From Thermodesulfobacteriota bacterium (GTDB lineage: Bacteria; Desulfobacterota; Desulfarculia; JACQYL01), in the NCBI GenBank assembly GCA_963675595.2, contig CAXXLZ010000001.1:480001-544000 (forward strand): a DNA stretch of 64,000 bases. Reading direction: 5' to 3'. The translations under genes were made by a program, and so were the position numbers. The notes under the pieces are model-generated. The model saw only the letters and a list, made by a program, of their open reading frames with translations, had not been told where the DNA came from and searched no databases. This document shows, piece after piece, positions 1-10,514 of this stretch. The stretch's first letter is position 1. Each line of letters begins with the position of its first letter.

Positions 1-980
1 AGACTTTCGAGGAGCTGAAGGAGAGCGTTGAACGGGGCATTCTCGCATTAAACGTCGAGTCCGTTGATGAAGCCGTCGACATTGATGACACGGCGGGGCG
101 GCTAGGTAAGAGGGCGGGAATATGTGTACGAGTGAACCCTGAAAGCAGCCCGGTGCGGACACACCAGCGTATGGGGGGAGTGCCTTCGCCTTTCGGGATC
201 GATGAGGAACAACTTCCCGAAGTTCTGGATCGGATTCGTGAGCTTTCCAGAGTTGAACTGCGGGGAATCCACGTCTACGTGGGAAATCAGATATTCGATG
301 CGGATTTGGCGGTGGAGAACGCCAAGCATACTTTGGACATTGCACGCAAGGCCTCGCAGCATTTAGGCGGCAGGGCCTTGGAATTGATTGATCTCGGTGG
401 AGGTCTGGGGGTTCCCTATTATAAAAACGAGTCGTATTTGGATGTCGCGCGTTTTAAGGAAGGGCTCAACCGACTGGTTGCAGACGCGCGGTCGGAATTA
501 TTGTTTGGACACTCTCGTTTCATTTTGGAGCTTGGCAGATACCTCGTCGGGATTTCGGGAATATTAATTACGCGCGTGCTCAGAGTGAAGACATCCCGGG
601 GAAAGCGCTTCGCCGTGGTGGATGGCGGAATGCATTGCTGCAGCATCGCCACGGGGAATTTGGGACAGAAGATTCAGAGGAAATTTCTGCTTTGTCCCGC
701 GACGCGCATGGATTCCACGGTTTTTTCGCCGATCGATGTGGTGGGCCCGTTGTGCACTCCCATGGATTCCTTCGGACACGATTATGACGCGCCGGAACTG
801 GAAGAGGGAGACCTGTTGGGCGTGCTTTTCGTGGGAGCTTACGGGCTGACCGCGAGTCCGACCCGGTTCCTCAGCAGATTTTCTCCCGCTGAGGCGAGCG
901 TTTCCCAAGGCAGGGCGGTGGTAACCCGACAAAGGGAAGACCTCGCCGATGTGCTGAAATATCAACGGTTATTTGGATGA
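1..980 (+). CDS. PLP-dependent decarboxylase, diaminopimelate decarboxylase-like (probably exosortase system-associated); 5' end outside window
   Basis: Frame is open back to the window start (TFEELKESVERGILALNVES...). Motifs HVYVG, IDLGGGLG, ELGRYLV, VDGGM, VGPLCTPMD, GAYG; MGGxxxxFGIDEE resembles the exosortase-associated subfamily. Confidence 0.85.
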   Translation, partial: TFEELKESVERGILALNVESVDEAVDIDDTAGRLGKRAGICVRVNPESSPVRTHQRMGGVPSPFGIDEEQLPEVLDRIRELSRVELRGIHVYVGNQIFDADLAVENAKHTLDIARKASQHLGGRALELIDLGGGLGVPYYKNESYLDVARFKEGLNRLVADARSELLFGHSRFILELGRYLVGISGILITRVLRVKTSRGKRFAVVDGGMHCCSIATGNLGQKIQRKFLLCPATRMDSTVFSPIDVVGPLCTPMDSFGHDYDAPELEEGDLLGVLFVGAYGLTASPTRFLSRFSPAEASVSQGRAVVTRQREDLADVLKYQRLFG

Positions 981-1276
981 GACCTGCACCGGAGAATGAT
1001 GGGATGAGTTGGAGCAAGAAAGAGATCGTGAAAGTCTTGATGGGCTTTGTGTGCAATGAGCTGGGAGTGGACGACCCGGATTTCGGGCCCTCCAGCGACC
1101 TGTTTGAAGACGGCTACGTGGACTCCATTCATCTGGAACGGTTTTTCAGCTTCATTGAAGAAACCTTCGGTATTGTCCTTGAAGAAGACAACTTTTTTGA
1201 TCCCCGAATTGCCACCCTTGAGGGTCTGTCCGACCTGGTGCTGGAGGCCGGACCTAAGACCGCTCCGTCCGCCTGA
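977..1276 (+). CDS. Acyl carrier protein
   Basis: Small acidic protein with DLFEDGYVDSI (phosphopantetheine Ser) and IEETFGI; ATGA overlap with the upstream stop; alternative ATG at 1004. Confidence 0.8.
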   Translation: MRPAPENDGMSWSKKEIVKVLMGFVCNELGVDDPDFGPSSDLFEDGYVDSIHLERFFSFIEETFGIVLEEDNFFDPRIATLEGLSDLVLEAGPKTAPSA

Positions 1277-1904
1277 ATACGGCCCGGTGGCGGGCTTCCC
1301 CCACGCCGTATCCGGGTAGGTGTTTCGGAAAGAACATGCCTGTTCGCGCCTTGTAGTGCCGGTAACGATCGCCGTAGCGAACCTCCAGGTCGTTTTCTTC
1401 CATCCTGCACATGAGATACACCCCGGGCGCCCACATCGCCAGAGAGAACAGGAACAGGTGGAGGGAATCGAGGATGACGGCAACGGCGAAAATCAAGGCC
1501 AGTTCTCCCGCAGCCTGAGGGTGTCTCATACGACGGTAGATTCCCGAGAACATCCGCTTCCGCTTTCTGGGGACCAGACTCTCGCTTCCGGCGTGTCGAG
1601 CCCCTCGCAGCAGCAGCATGGAGGACGGCACGGCCAGGAGAACGCCGAGGATTATGCTTATCCACCATGGCCAGGGAAAGCGTGGGGGAATGGGTGCGGA
1701 TATCGGATGGAAAACGTAGACGGGATACAATACCAGGTGAACGCACATGAAGAAGGCCGAAACCAGGCGGTACCTGGTGCAAAGCGCATAGGCGTGCTCC
1801 CCGAACTTTCTCTCCATCGTGGCGGGGCGCGTGCTCAGACAGTAGAAGCCGATACAGGCCGTACCGGTAATGACTAAAAGAACGGGAATGATCCAGGACG
1901 ACAC
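1254..1904 (-). CDS. Isoprenylcysteine carboxyl methyltransferase/PEMT family membrane protein
   Basis: TM helices, GIYRRMRHPQ and EENDLEVRYGDRYRHY motifs. Confidence 0.8.
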   Translation of the reverse strand: MSSWIIPVLLVITGTACIGFYCLSTRPATMERKFGEHAYALCTRYRLVSAFFMCVHLVLYPVYVFHPISAPIPPRFPWPWWISIILGVLLAVPSSMLLLRGARHAGSESLVPRKRKRMFSGIYRRMRHPQAAGELALIFAVAVILDSLHLFLFSLAMWAPGVYLMCRMEENDLEVRYGDRYRHYKARTGMFFPKHLPGYGVGEARHRAVFRRTERS

Positions 1905-2095
1905 GGTTGTGTTTTATCCTCCTTGGTAAAATCAGCATCGGCCGGATGTTGATCCGGTTGAGTAGAAATCAGGGTACACAGTCTCGGCATGCCCCTGCAA
2001 CCACTTGAAGCGTTTTACCGACGAGAAGAGAATCGAAGAAGGCCCCCTTTTTGCGAGGGACCCTCTCCGGTCCGGATATGACTTTTTGGCTCGGC

Positions 2096-2806
2096 CTACT
2101 GCCGCCTTGCCCATCTTCTCCGGAATCCGACAAGACCCAGCAAACCGGAGCCCAGAAGCCAGACTGCGCCGGGAACGGGCACCGGGTTGACGTACACCAA
2201 AGGCTCGTTGAAGTCTTTGTCGCTCGAAAAACCGCCTTCATTGTAGCCCAGCAGAAAGCCGTCACCGGAGGAGCCCCGGACGAGGACCGAGTTCTCCGAG
2301 AAAAAGGTGATCCCGTTTTTCAGCCCGAACTTGAAGGAGACTCCCTCGCCGACGGCCTGGACGAGGTCGACAACCTGCCATGCGGATTGGTCGGACGGGT
2401 CATTGACCCATCCTCGGCTGGGAGAAGTCCATGTTCCCGGATCATAGAGCTGATAGAAATTCGAGAAGGTGTTGGAGCCGTCGTCGTACCAGATTCCCAA
2501 CGGGGAGGTGCCGGCTGAATCGTACGCCAGCACGAGGACCGATTCCTGTTCCGCGGTGTTGAACACCCCGGTCCAGGATTTCTGCCCGTAATCGCCCAAC
2601 AGGTAACCGGAGTCGGAGGACGACCAGTTCAGACCCGCCCCCAGAAGTCCCTCCATATCGTCGGAATAGTTGGTTCCGTAAAGGGCGTTATAGGCGTCCG
2701 TGAGGTGTGTTTCGTCGGGATATTGCCAAGTAGTGGCCCCTGCTCCGCTAAGAGGAATCATAACCAAGAGCCCCAAAATCGCCATAACCGTCTTTGCTCG
2801 CATCAT
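2096..2806 (-). CDS. PEP-CTERM-like (VPVPG) exosortase-sorted surface protein
   Basis: Signal peptide from ATG 2806; C-terminus VPVPGAVWLLGSGLLGLVGFRRR. Confidence 0.88.
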   Translation of the reverse strand: MMRAKTVMAILGLLVMIPLSGAGATTWQYPDETHLTDAYNALYGTNYSDDMEGLLGAGLNWSSSDSGYLLGDYGQKSWTGVFNTAEQESVLVLAYDSAGTSPLGIWYDDGSNTFSNFYQLYDPGTWTSPSRGWVNDPSDQSAWQVVDLVQAVGEGVSFKFGLKNGITFFSENSVLVRGSSGDGFLLGYNEGGFSSDKDFNEPLVYVNPVPVPGAVWLLGSGLLGLVGFRRRWARRQ

Positions 2807-2949
2807 GTACCCCGCTTTCCGTTTCCGCATTTGTCGATTGATCGATTCGTGTCCGCTCCGCCCGGGCTTGTCGAGCTTGGGCCGAGCTCCTATGAGCGTG
2901 AATGGTGCAGTGTTGTTTGTGGCGCAATCAGCTTTGTATTGCAGAATAG

Positions 2950-2965
2950 AGCAAATCTCGTGCCG
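2950..2965 (-). promoter_or_regulatory. Sigma54 (-24/-12) promoter
   Basis: Minus strand CGGCACGAGATTTGCT matches GGCAC-N5-TTGC, about 145 nt upstream of the PEP-CTERM gene. Confidence 0.7.
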
Positions 2966-3309
2966 TTTGCGGCTGCGAACAGATGCGCCGGAGGTGAACT
3001 CCGATGAAGGGCCTTGGAGAAAGCCTTTGATCATGCCTCCCGAAACAAAAAGTGCTCATCGTGCCCCGTCCCGGAGTGCGGTGTTGTATTTTCGGTTACC
3101 GGTTTGAACGGAAGTGGGGTGACTGTTTTGTAATTCAAAACTCGGTGCCGTAAGCGCGAGGCTCCGTGAGGACAGGCGACCGCTCTTTTTGATTCGGATG
3201 ATTGACCCCGGCGGCGTTCTATTATAACCACTGATAATTATTAGGTTGTTGTAGCAACGGGGCGGCGCCGGAAATCCCCCGGAGCCGGGAAACTCTTGGG
3301 CATGGAGGA

Positions 3310-4341
3310 ATGATGAAGGTACGGGATTGGGTATGCGCTTCGATTTTTGTCATAATTCAACTGGCCGGAGTCGGCGGGGCCGAGGCGGACTCGGTTCGTT
3401 TGAACAATGGAGATATGATTTCAGGGCATGTCGTGCGAATGGAAGACGGCCGGCTGTTGTTGGCCACTTCGTACGCCGGGGAAGTGACCATAGCGTGGGA
3501 GGCGATTGCCGCTCTGGAAACCGATGCCCCGGTGTTGCTCGTGCTCGAAGATGGAGAGTCGGCGCGGGGTCTGTTGATCCCGGCGGACCAAGGGTGGTTG
3601 CGTGTGAAAAGCGAAGACGGAGAGGAGCAAGGCGAATACGCCCTTCTCCGGGTCGCGGCCGTGAACCCGAAAGAAGTGCAACCTCCGGGGTGGGATTTGA
3701 AAGGAGCGGTCAACGCGGGCGTCAACGTACGCCGCGGCAACACCGAGACCGGAGATTTCCACTTGGACGGCAACGTGGTCGCCGGAAAAGAGAAAAACAG
3801 GTACGGCGCGAGAGCGGAATATAACAGGTCTGAAGACGACGGAAAAAAGACGGTGGACAATATGCTGTTGGCGCTTAAATATGATCGTTTCGTCTCTCCA
3901 AAATGGTACATATCCGGCTATTCGTCTTTTGAACGCGATGAATTCAAAGACTTGAACTTGAGAACTCTTATCGGCGTCGGTCCCGGCTACCAGGTGTGGA
4001 ACAGTGAAGAACGGAATCTCTCTCTCGAAGTCGGTTTGAATTACGTCATGGAGGACTACGAAGAGACGGCGGACGAAGACTATGCTTCGGGTCGATGGGC
4101 GATTAATTTCGACCGGATGGTCTATCGTGATACAATCCAATTTTTTCATAACCATGAGGGTATTCCGGGTTTCGAGGCTATTGAGGATTTTCTTCTGAAA
4201 ACTAGAACGGGGCTTCGTTTCTTCCTGACCGAAAAGTTTCAGAGTACGTTTTTGGTGAAATTCGACTGGGAGAACAACCCGGCGCCCGATCGGAAGAACG
4301 AAGACATCGAATACATCTTCACCCTGGGCTATCGGTGGTGA
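3310..4341 (+). CDS. DUF481/YdiY-like outer-membrane beta-barrel protein
   Basis: Signal peptide, DSVRLNNGDMISG N-domain, beta-strand pattern, C-terminal TLGYRW; RBS ggagg. Confidence 0.8.
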   Translation: MMKVRDWVCASIFVIIQLAGVGGAEADSVRLNNGDMISGHVVRMEDGRLLLATSYAGEVTIAWEAIAALETDAPVLLVLEDGESARGLLIPADQGWLRVKSEDGEEQGEYALLRVAAVNPKEVQPPGWDLKGAVNAGVNVRRGNTETGDFHLDGNVVAGKEKNRYGARAEYNRSEDDGKKTVDNMLLALKYDRFVSPKWYISGYSSFERDEFKDLNLRTLIGVGPGYQVWNSEERNLSLEVGLNYVMEDYEETADEDYASGRWAINFDRMVYRDTIQFFHNHEGIPGFEAIEDFLLKTRTGLRFFLTEKFQSTFLVKFDWENNPAPDRKNEDIEYIFTLGYRW

Positions 4342-4473
4342 GGGGACGGCTTTGGTGAGTTGCCAAGGGTGAGTTCAAAAAGACGGGCCGGGGTTTGCGA
4401 GGGTTACCCACTACATCGTCGCGGATGACTCATGTCGCCGTGTCGCCTCGTTGAAGACGGGAGCGTAGAAGCC

Positions 4474-5691
4474 ATGTCCGAAACGGACCTTTCCAAACTG
4501 AAGATAGACAAGACCGAGGGCCGGAGCCGCAAAGCAACGAAAAAGAAGTTTCTGATCCCGGCGATTTTGCTATCGGTCTTGGGGGTAGCGGCTTGGCTCT
4601 ACCAGACGGGTGTATTGAAACCGTCCGTAGACGTTCGTGCGGCCGCGGTGGGGAACCTGTATCCTTATCAGGCGGTCACTTTGCTTAACGCCAGTGGATA
4701 CGTGGTGGCGCAACGTAAGGCTTCGGTGGCCACCAAAGTGACGGGGCGGCTCGAGTACCTCGGGGTGGAAGAAGGAACCAGGGTGAAGAAAGGCGAGGTG
4801 TTGGCTCGCCTTGAGGACGACGATGCCGTTGCCGCGCGGAACCGGGCCCGCGCCAATCTCGAGGCGGCCCGGGCCGTCTTGCGCCGGGTGGAGGCGGAAT
4901 TAGAGAACGCCCGGTTGGATTTCGAGCGGAAGAGCGCGCTGAAAGACAGGCTGGTAATCTCCAAGGCGGAATTTGACGTGGCCCGGGCGGGCTACCTTGC
5001 GGCGAAGGCTGCGGTTTCGGCGCAGGAGGCCTCGGTGAGGGCGGCCGTTGCGGCGCTCAAAGAGTCGGAGGTGCTGATCGACTATACAAAGATTAGAGCC
5101 CCATTTGACGGCGTGGTCCTGACCAAGAACGCGGATATCGGAGACATCATCGCTCCCCTGGGGGCCGCGGCGAATGCGCAGGCCGCCGTGGTGACCATGG
5201 CGGATATGAATTCTCTCCAAGTGGAGGTGGACGTTTCGGAATCCGGTATTCGAGAGATAAAAGTGGGGCAGCCCGCGGTCATACAGTTGGATGCCTTCCC
5301 GAATGAGAGATACAAGGGAAGGGTGCATATGGTGGTCCCCACGGCGGACCGCACCAAAGCGTCCATCCTGGTAAAAGTGGCTTTCAGTGAAAAGGACCCA
5401 CGTATTCTACCTGAGATGAGCGCCAAGGCGGCGTTTCTATCCCGGGAAATCGGCGTGGCGGAGGATCGCCCGGTGAAGGTGGTGCCGTTGTCGGCCGTTA
5501 TCCGGGAAAACGGCGCAACTTATGTCTTCGTAATTGAAAAAAGCAAGGCTTTCAGGCGGCGATTCGAGCCGGGTGAAATATTGGGGGATCGGGTCGAGGT
5601 GAAAGAGGGCCTGGAGCTGGGGCAAGACATCATTCTTTCTCCCCCCGAGAGCCTCAAGGACGGAATGAGCGTCGACGTTTCCGAGGAGTAA
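4474..5691 (+). CDS. Efflux periplasmic adaptor (MacA/HlyD-like)
   Basis: N-terminal TM, lipoyl-like halves (VEEGTRVKKGEVLARL; IRAPFDGVV) and a coiled coil. Confidence 0.9.
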   Translation: MSETDLSKLKIDKTEGRSRKATKKKFLIPAILLSVLGVAAWLYQTGVLKPSVDVRAAAVGNLYPYQAVTLLNASGYVVAQRKASVATKVTGRLEYLGVEEGTRVKKGEVLARLEDDDAVAARNRARANLEAARAVLRRVEAELENARLDFERKSALKDRLVISKAEFDVARAGYLAAKAAVSAQEASVRAAVAALKESEVLIDYTKIRAPFDGVVLTKNADIGDIIAPLGAAANAQAAVVTMADMNSLQVEVDVSESGIREIKVGQPAVIQLDAFPNERYKGRVHMVVPTADRTKASILVKVAFSEKDPRILPEMSAKAAFLSREIGVAEDRPVKVVPLSAVIRENGATYVFVIEKSKAFRRRFEPGEILGDRVEVKEGLELGQDIILSPPESLKDGMSVDVSEE

Positions 5692-6404
5692 TGGAAGACC
5701 GAACCTTCATCGTAGATATCCAAGAGGTTTCCAAGTCCTACCGCAGAGGCGCGCAGGTGCTTCCCGTGCTGGATAGGATCAGCCTTGGAATTCCGGAGGG
5801 CGACTTCCTCGTGCTGATGGGGCCTTCGGGGTCGGGCAAGAGCACCCTTCTCAACCTGATCGCCGGCCTGGACCATGTCGACGAAGGCAGAATCCGTGTA
5901 GGGGACCTGGAAATCTCTTCTCTGTCGGAATCCGCATTGGCCTCATGGCGTGCCTTCCACGTAGGGTTCATCTTTCAGTTCTACAATTTAATTCCGGTGT
6001 TGACCGCATTTGAAAACGTGGAACTACCCCTGACTCTCTCGGGGCTTTCGTCAAAGGAGCGCCGAGAGCACGTGGAAACGGCGCTCCGTCTCGTGAGACT
6101 TGAGGACCGAATGGATCATCGGCCGAAGCAGCTTTCCGGCGGACAGCAACAGCGGGTGGCCATCGCAAGGGCTTTTGTGACCGATCCCACGATCTTGGTG
6201 GCCGACGAACCTACCGGGGACCTGGATCGAGGCTCCGCGGAAGAGGTCCTGAACTTGTTGGAGGGGCTGTCCTCGGACCTGGGCAAGACGATCATTATGG
6301 TTACGCATGACCCGAGGGCGGCCAAGCGGGCCCGCACATTAAAGTATCTGGATAAAGGTGTACTGGCGGATGCTCCTGAAACTGCTTTGGCGGAATGCCT
6401 TTAG
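5691..6404 (+). CDS. ABC transporter ATP-binding protein (MacB/LolD type)
   Basis: GPSGSGKS, LSGGQQQRV, ILVADEPTG. Confidence 0.95.
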   Translation: MEDRTFIVDIQEVSKSYRRGAQVLPVLDRISLGIPEGDFLVLMGPSGSGKSTLLNLIAGLDHVDEGRIRVGDLEISSLSESALASWRAFHVGFIFQFYNLIPVLTAFENVELPLTLSGLSSKERREHVETALRLVRLEDRMDHRPKQLSGGQQQRVAIARAFVTDPTILVADEPTGDLDRGSAEEVLNLLEGLSSDLGKTIIMVTHDPRAAKRARTLKYLDKGVLADAPETALAECL

Positions 6405-7524
6405 ACACAAGCTCAGGACCGCCCTGACCATCTTGGGCATGTGCGTGGCGATTCTGGCGTTCGGACTCCTCCGCACGGTGATCGACGCCTGGCATTCCGG
6501 CGTGGAGGCGGCCGCGGCGGATCGACTGGTGACTCGGAACGCCATCTCTTTGATCTTCAACCTTCCTCTCTCTTATCACGAAAAAATTCGTGCGGTGGAC
6601 GGTGTGAAAAGAGTGAGTTACGGAAATTGGTTCGGCGGTATCTACATCGACGAGAAGAACTTCTTCGCCAACCTTGTGGTGGAACCTCGGTCGTATTTCG
6701 AAATGTACCCCGAATATACGATGGATGATTTCCAGAGAGAATCCTTCCTCAGGGACCGGAAGGGATGCGTGGTCGGCAGGAAGCTGGTCCGACGGTTCGG
6801 ATGGAAGTTGGGAGACCCGATCACCTTGAAGGGAACCATCTTCCCCGGAAATTGGGAAATGGTGATTCGTGCGATTTATAAGGGCAAATATGACAGCACG
6901 GACGAGGGCGTGCTTTTTTTCCATTGGGAATACCTCAATGAAACGCTTAAAAAAACGTCGCCGCGTCGTGCCGACAACGTGGGGTTTTATGTCATAGAAG
7001 TGACTCATCCGGATCGCGCCGCCCAGGTCGCCGGGGAAGTGGATCAAATGTTCAGAAACAGCAGGGCGGAGACGCTCACCGAAACGGAGCGGGCTTTTCA
7101 GATGGGTTTCCTGTCCATGAGCGAGGCTCTTATTACGGCAATTCGCCTGATTTCTCTGGTGGTGATTTTCATCATTATGGCCGTGGTGGCCAACACCATG
7201 ATCATGTCGGTGCGTGAACGCATGGGCGAGTACGCCGTACTGAAGACCTTGGGATTCGGCGCTTTGTTCCTCTCGATACTCATTTTTGGGGAGTCGTTGG
7301 TGATCTGCGGGCTGGGAGGCGGCTTGGGAATCCTGATGACCTTTCCCGTGGCGGATCTGTTTCGGCAACAAGTGGGGGACTATTTCCCGACGTTCATCGT
7401 GAAGGATGTCACCCTGCTGCTGGATGCGGCCGCCGCGATCCTGGTGGGCACCGCCGCGGGGATCCTTCCGGCTTGGCGCGCCTCGCGTGTGCGGATTTCC
7501 GAAGGATTGCGCAGATTGGGTTAG
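6370..7524 (+). CDS. ABC permease, FtsX/MacB family
   Basis: RNAFRHKLRT N-terminus, periplasmic domain, ERMGEYAVLKTLGF. Confidence 0.9.
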   Translation: MLLKLLWRNAFRHKLRTALTILGMCVAILAFGLLRTVIDAWHSGVEAAAADRLVTRNAISLIFNLPLSYHEKIRAVDGVKRVSYGNWFGGIYIDEKNFFANLVVEPRSYFEMYPEYTMDDFQRESFLRDRKGCVVGRKLVRRFGWKLGDPITLKGTIFPGNWEMVIRAIYKGKYDSTDEGVLFFHWEYLNETLKKTSPRRADNVGFYVIEVTHPDRAAQVAGEVDQMFRNSRAETLTETERAFQMGFLSMSEALITAIRLISLVVIFIIMAVVANTMIMSVRERMGEYAVLKTLGFGALFLSILIFGESLVICGLGGGLGILMTFPVADLFRQQVGDYFPTFIVKDVTLLLDAAAAILVGTAAGILPAWRASRVRISEGLRRLG

Positions 7525-7540
7525 CCGAGGAAATTCTCCA

Positions 7541-8707
7541 ATGAGTCTGCTTGTATCCTATAGTTCGCGTAGTCTCCTGACACGCCGCCTGACCACCATT
7601 CTCACCGCATCGGGCATGGCGCTGGTCGTGTTTGTCTTTGCCGCCATGGTCATGCTTGCTGAGGGACTTGAGAAGACCTTGGTGGATACGGGCTCACCCG
7701 ACAACGTGGTGGTGATTCGTCGATCGGCCAAGTCCGAAGTGGAGAGCGGCATCGAACGCATACAGGCCTCCCTCGTGGAAACGCTTCCTCAGATCGCCTT
7801 GGATTCGGCTGGACGGACGTTGTCGGCCAAAGAGCTGGTGGTGCTGATTACGTTGCCCAAAAAGGGCGCGGGGAGCAAGGCCAACGTCGTTATCCGCGGG
7901 GTGGAGGAGGCATCTTACGCGCTGCGATCTCAGGTTGACCTCGCAGTCGGGAGATGGCCTCGCCCTGGATCCCTGGAAATCGCGGTAGGTGGGAGCGTGG
8001 TCCGAAATTCCCGCGGTGTGCGATTGGGAGCATCCATACCGTTCGCCAACCGATCCTGGGAAGTTGTGGGAGTATTCAATGCGGCGGGTACGGGATTCAG
8101 CTCCGAGATTTGGGGAGATGCGGATCAGTTGATGCAGGCCTTTCGAAGACCGGTATACTCCTCGGTGATTTTCCGCTTGCGCGACCCCGCCGACTTTGAC
8201 GACGTGAAAGCGCTCATTGATGGGGACCCTCGATTGACCTTGGAAGCCAAGAGGGAAACCGATTATTACAGAGAGCAGTCGGAAATGATGGCAAAGTTTC
8301 TCCGGGTTCTCGGCACTTCTTTGACTCTGGTATTCTCCATCGGGGCGGTGGTTGGGGCCATGATCACCATGTATGCTTCGGTGGCCAACCGGGTGGCGGA
8401 GATCGGCACTCTGCGGGCTTTGGGGTTTCAACGGCGCAGCATCCTGCTCGCATTTCTGCTCGAATCGATGATTTTGGGCTTTGCGGGGGGATGCGGGGGC
8501 CTCCTTGCCGCTTCGGCGTTGCAATTGATCACGGTATCGACGACCAACTTCCAGACGTTTTCGGAAATTGCGTTCAACTTCTCTCTTTCTTTGAAAATCA
8601 CGGGGCAGGCCCTGGGCTTTTCAGTATTGATGGGATTGGCCGGAGGGCTGTTGCCCGCAATCCGAGCGGCACGGTTGAACATTGTGGAAGCGTTGCGGGA
8701 GAGCTGA
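7541..8707 (+). CDS. ABC permease, FtsX/MacB family (second subunit)
   Basis: NRVAEIGTLRALGF motif and 4-TM topology. Confidence 0.9.
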   Translation: MSLLVSYSSRSLLTRRLTTILTASGMALVVFVFAAMVMLAEGLEKTLVDTGSPDNVVVIRRSAKSEVESGIERIQASLVETLPQIALDSAGRTLSAKELVVLITLPKKGAGSKANVVIRGVEEASYALRSQVDLAVGRWPRPGSLEIAVGGSVVRNSRGVRLGASIPFANRSWEVVGVFNAAGTGFSSEIWGDADQLMQAFRRPVYSSVIFRLRDPADFDDVKALIDGDPRLTLEAKRETDYYREQSEMMAKFLRVLGTSLTLVFSIGAVVGAMITMYASVANRVAEIGTLRALGFQRRSILLAFLLESMILGFAGGCGGLLAASALQLITVSTTNFQTFSEIAFNFSLSLKITGQALGFSVLMGLAGGLLPAIRAARLNIVEALRES

Positions 8708-9253
8708 CGAGGACCTTTGGCAAGTTGGGGGTCACCGGCGACGGGACACGGATCTTTTTGACACCGAATGGACAATCCATGCCGAAGGACATGCCCCGTC
8801 ATAACGAAGGTGCGATTCACGGGCGGAAACGGGAGAGGACGATGTAGGCTTTTGTAATTCTTCGAAGTACACTCCGGATCCTTCGGCGCGTTCCCTTCTT
8901 TGGACTTGAAGCTTATTCAAGTTGGGCTATAATGGAACATTGAGCGGGCAATGGTTCCACCAGAGTCCGTCTTTGTTTCCCATTGGGCGGGTCTAAAGTG
9001 AACCGGCCGACGAAGATACCATAGCGAGGCGCAAGCCGTGACGGTTTCACTACTGCCGTCCTCCGGTTGGAAAAACACAAGCGCGTCCCGCTGAACAATA
9101 TCATGCGTATATTTCTCAATTATGAAGTAGCGTTCTTCGAAGCTGTCCGGCTGTGAAGCTCAATGAACGATTTGATTGCCCCTTGATGACTCTTAACACA
9201 AAGACATGTTTATTAGGCCTGCAATTCGACACACGGTCATTACGTGACCGATA

Positions 9254-9404
9254 CCGGCGCGTCGAAAAAGGCCGGTTGCTACAGGTCGGCGAAAAACGAT
9301 GACATGCAAGGCGTGCAAGTCCCGGCGAATGAGACGTACATGGAGTACGTCGCAGTGACGAGAGATGAAGCGCAACGCCGCACATCGCGTTTCTCAACAG
9401 CCTG
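9254..9404 (-). mobile_element. MITE family M, copy 1
   Basis: Reverse complement begins CAGGCTGTTGAGAAAC and aligns along its length with 13535-13684. Confidence 0.8.
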
Positions 9405-9450
9405 CCACCGATGTTGAAACCGACGAGATTTATCCTAAAGGGCACAAGAG

Positions 9451-9786
9451 ATGGCCGTTGAAGTTGAATCCATAAAAGAACTCAAGAAAGCGGTTAGGGA
9501 CCGGGAAGAGGATATCTTGATCATTAACAGGGATCTTGCCAAGAAAGTGAGTGAGTTCAAGGAGATTGAGAACCTCACCAAAGATAAGATTGTGGATGCC
9601 ATAACAGGTTATCTCTCTGGGCAGGAACGAGACCGTATCGTCGCTATTGTATCCCTCGGAGTCAGTGAAGCATTCGGCCTGCACCATGAGTATCAAGCCC
9701 CCCCTCGTGAGAAGAAAGGGGCTTCCATCGATATGAAGGCCGGATATCATTTGGAGAGGGTTTCAAGAGAACCGGAGGTTTCTTAG
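9451..9786 (+). CDS. Hypothetical protein
   Basis: 111-aa ATG ORF with plausible composition; no motif recognised. Confidence 0.55.
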   Translation: MAVEVESIKELKKAVRDREEDILIINRDLAKKVSEFKEIENLTKDKIVDAITGYLSGQERDRIVAIVSLGVSEAFGLHHEYQAPPREKKGASIDMKAGYHLERVSREPEVS

Positions 9787-10199
9787 CCCGCCGGGCTGAG
9801 TGAGAATAACAGTCCCACCCACCCCGGAAGAGCTCGGGCCCATCCGACAATGCTGGACCTAGAACGGGGCGACCCCGGCGACGAGTGTTCATTCGGTCGA
9901 TTCTCAGCTTGTTCTTCATTCTGCGCGACGCGTTGCATACGCGGTCGCCGGTGCGGGTGCCGCTCTTGTTCACCGACACCTTTCCAGCCGCCGAAAACCC
10001 ATTCTCGATTATACCAAAACTCCGTATTCGTTCAGAGGCCCGTCGACGCATGGGACCATCGGAGACTTTCTTCAGGAATTCAGTTTGATTTCAAGACCTT
10101 TCGGCATGCAGGGATGCCGAACTGCGAGACCGTGTGCTTGACACATGGGATTCCATGACTATTAGAGGACAAGAAACCTATGGATATAAGGAGACCGCC

Positions 10200-10514
10200 A
10201 TGTTGACCATTACCGAATTGGCTCAAGACAAGTTCAAAGAGTACTTCCAGAATCAGGAGAGTACTCGTCCAATACGAGTCTTCATGTTTGAGGGAGGCTG
10301 CGGTGGACCTTCTCTGCAACTGGCCTTGGACGATCAAAAAGGCGAAGACGAAGTATTTGAGGTGGAAGGACTCACCTACCTGGTTGACAAGGATTTGTTG
10401 AACCGGATGGGTGATATCCGTGTGGACTTCGTGGATGACGGAAGCCGATCCGGCTTTTCCGTCAGCGCCGCCAACCACACGCCGGCCCAATGTGGTTCGG
10501 GGTGTTGCTGCTGA
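10200..10514 (+). CDS. IscA/HesB family protein
   Basis: RBS aaggag; GGCGGPSLQLALD and C-terminal CGSGCCC. Confidence 0.88.
   Translation: MLTITELAQDKFKEYFQNQESTRPIRVFMFEGGCGGPSLQLALDDQKGEDEVFEVEGLTYLVDKDLLNRMGDIRVDFVDDGSRSGFSVSAANHTPAQCGSGCCC

Noticed and set aside
9193-9375. Paralogous small ORFs MRFISRHCDV / MRFIPRHCDV (also 13564-13860)
   Set aside because: They are translations of the MITE; similarity ends at the element border.
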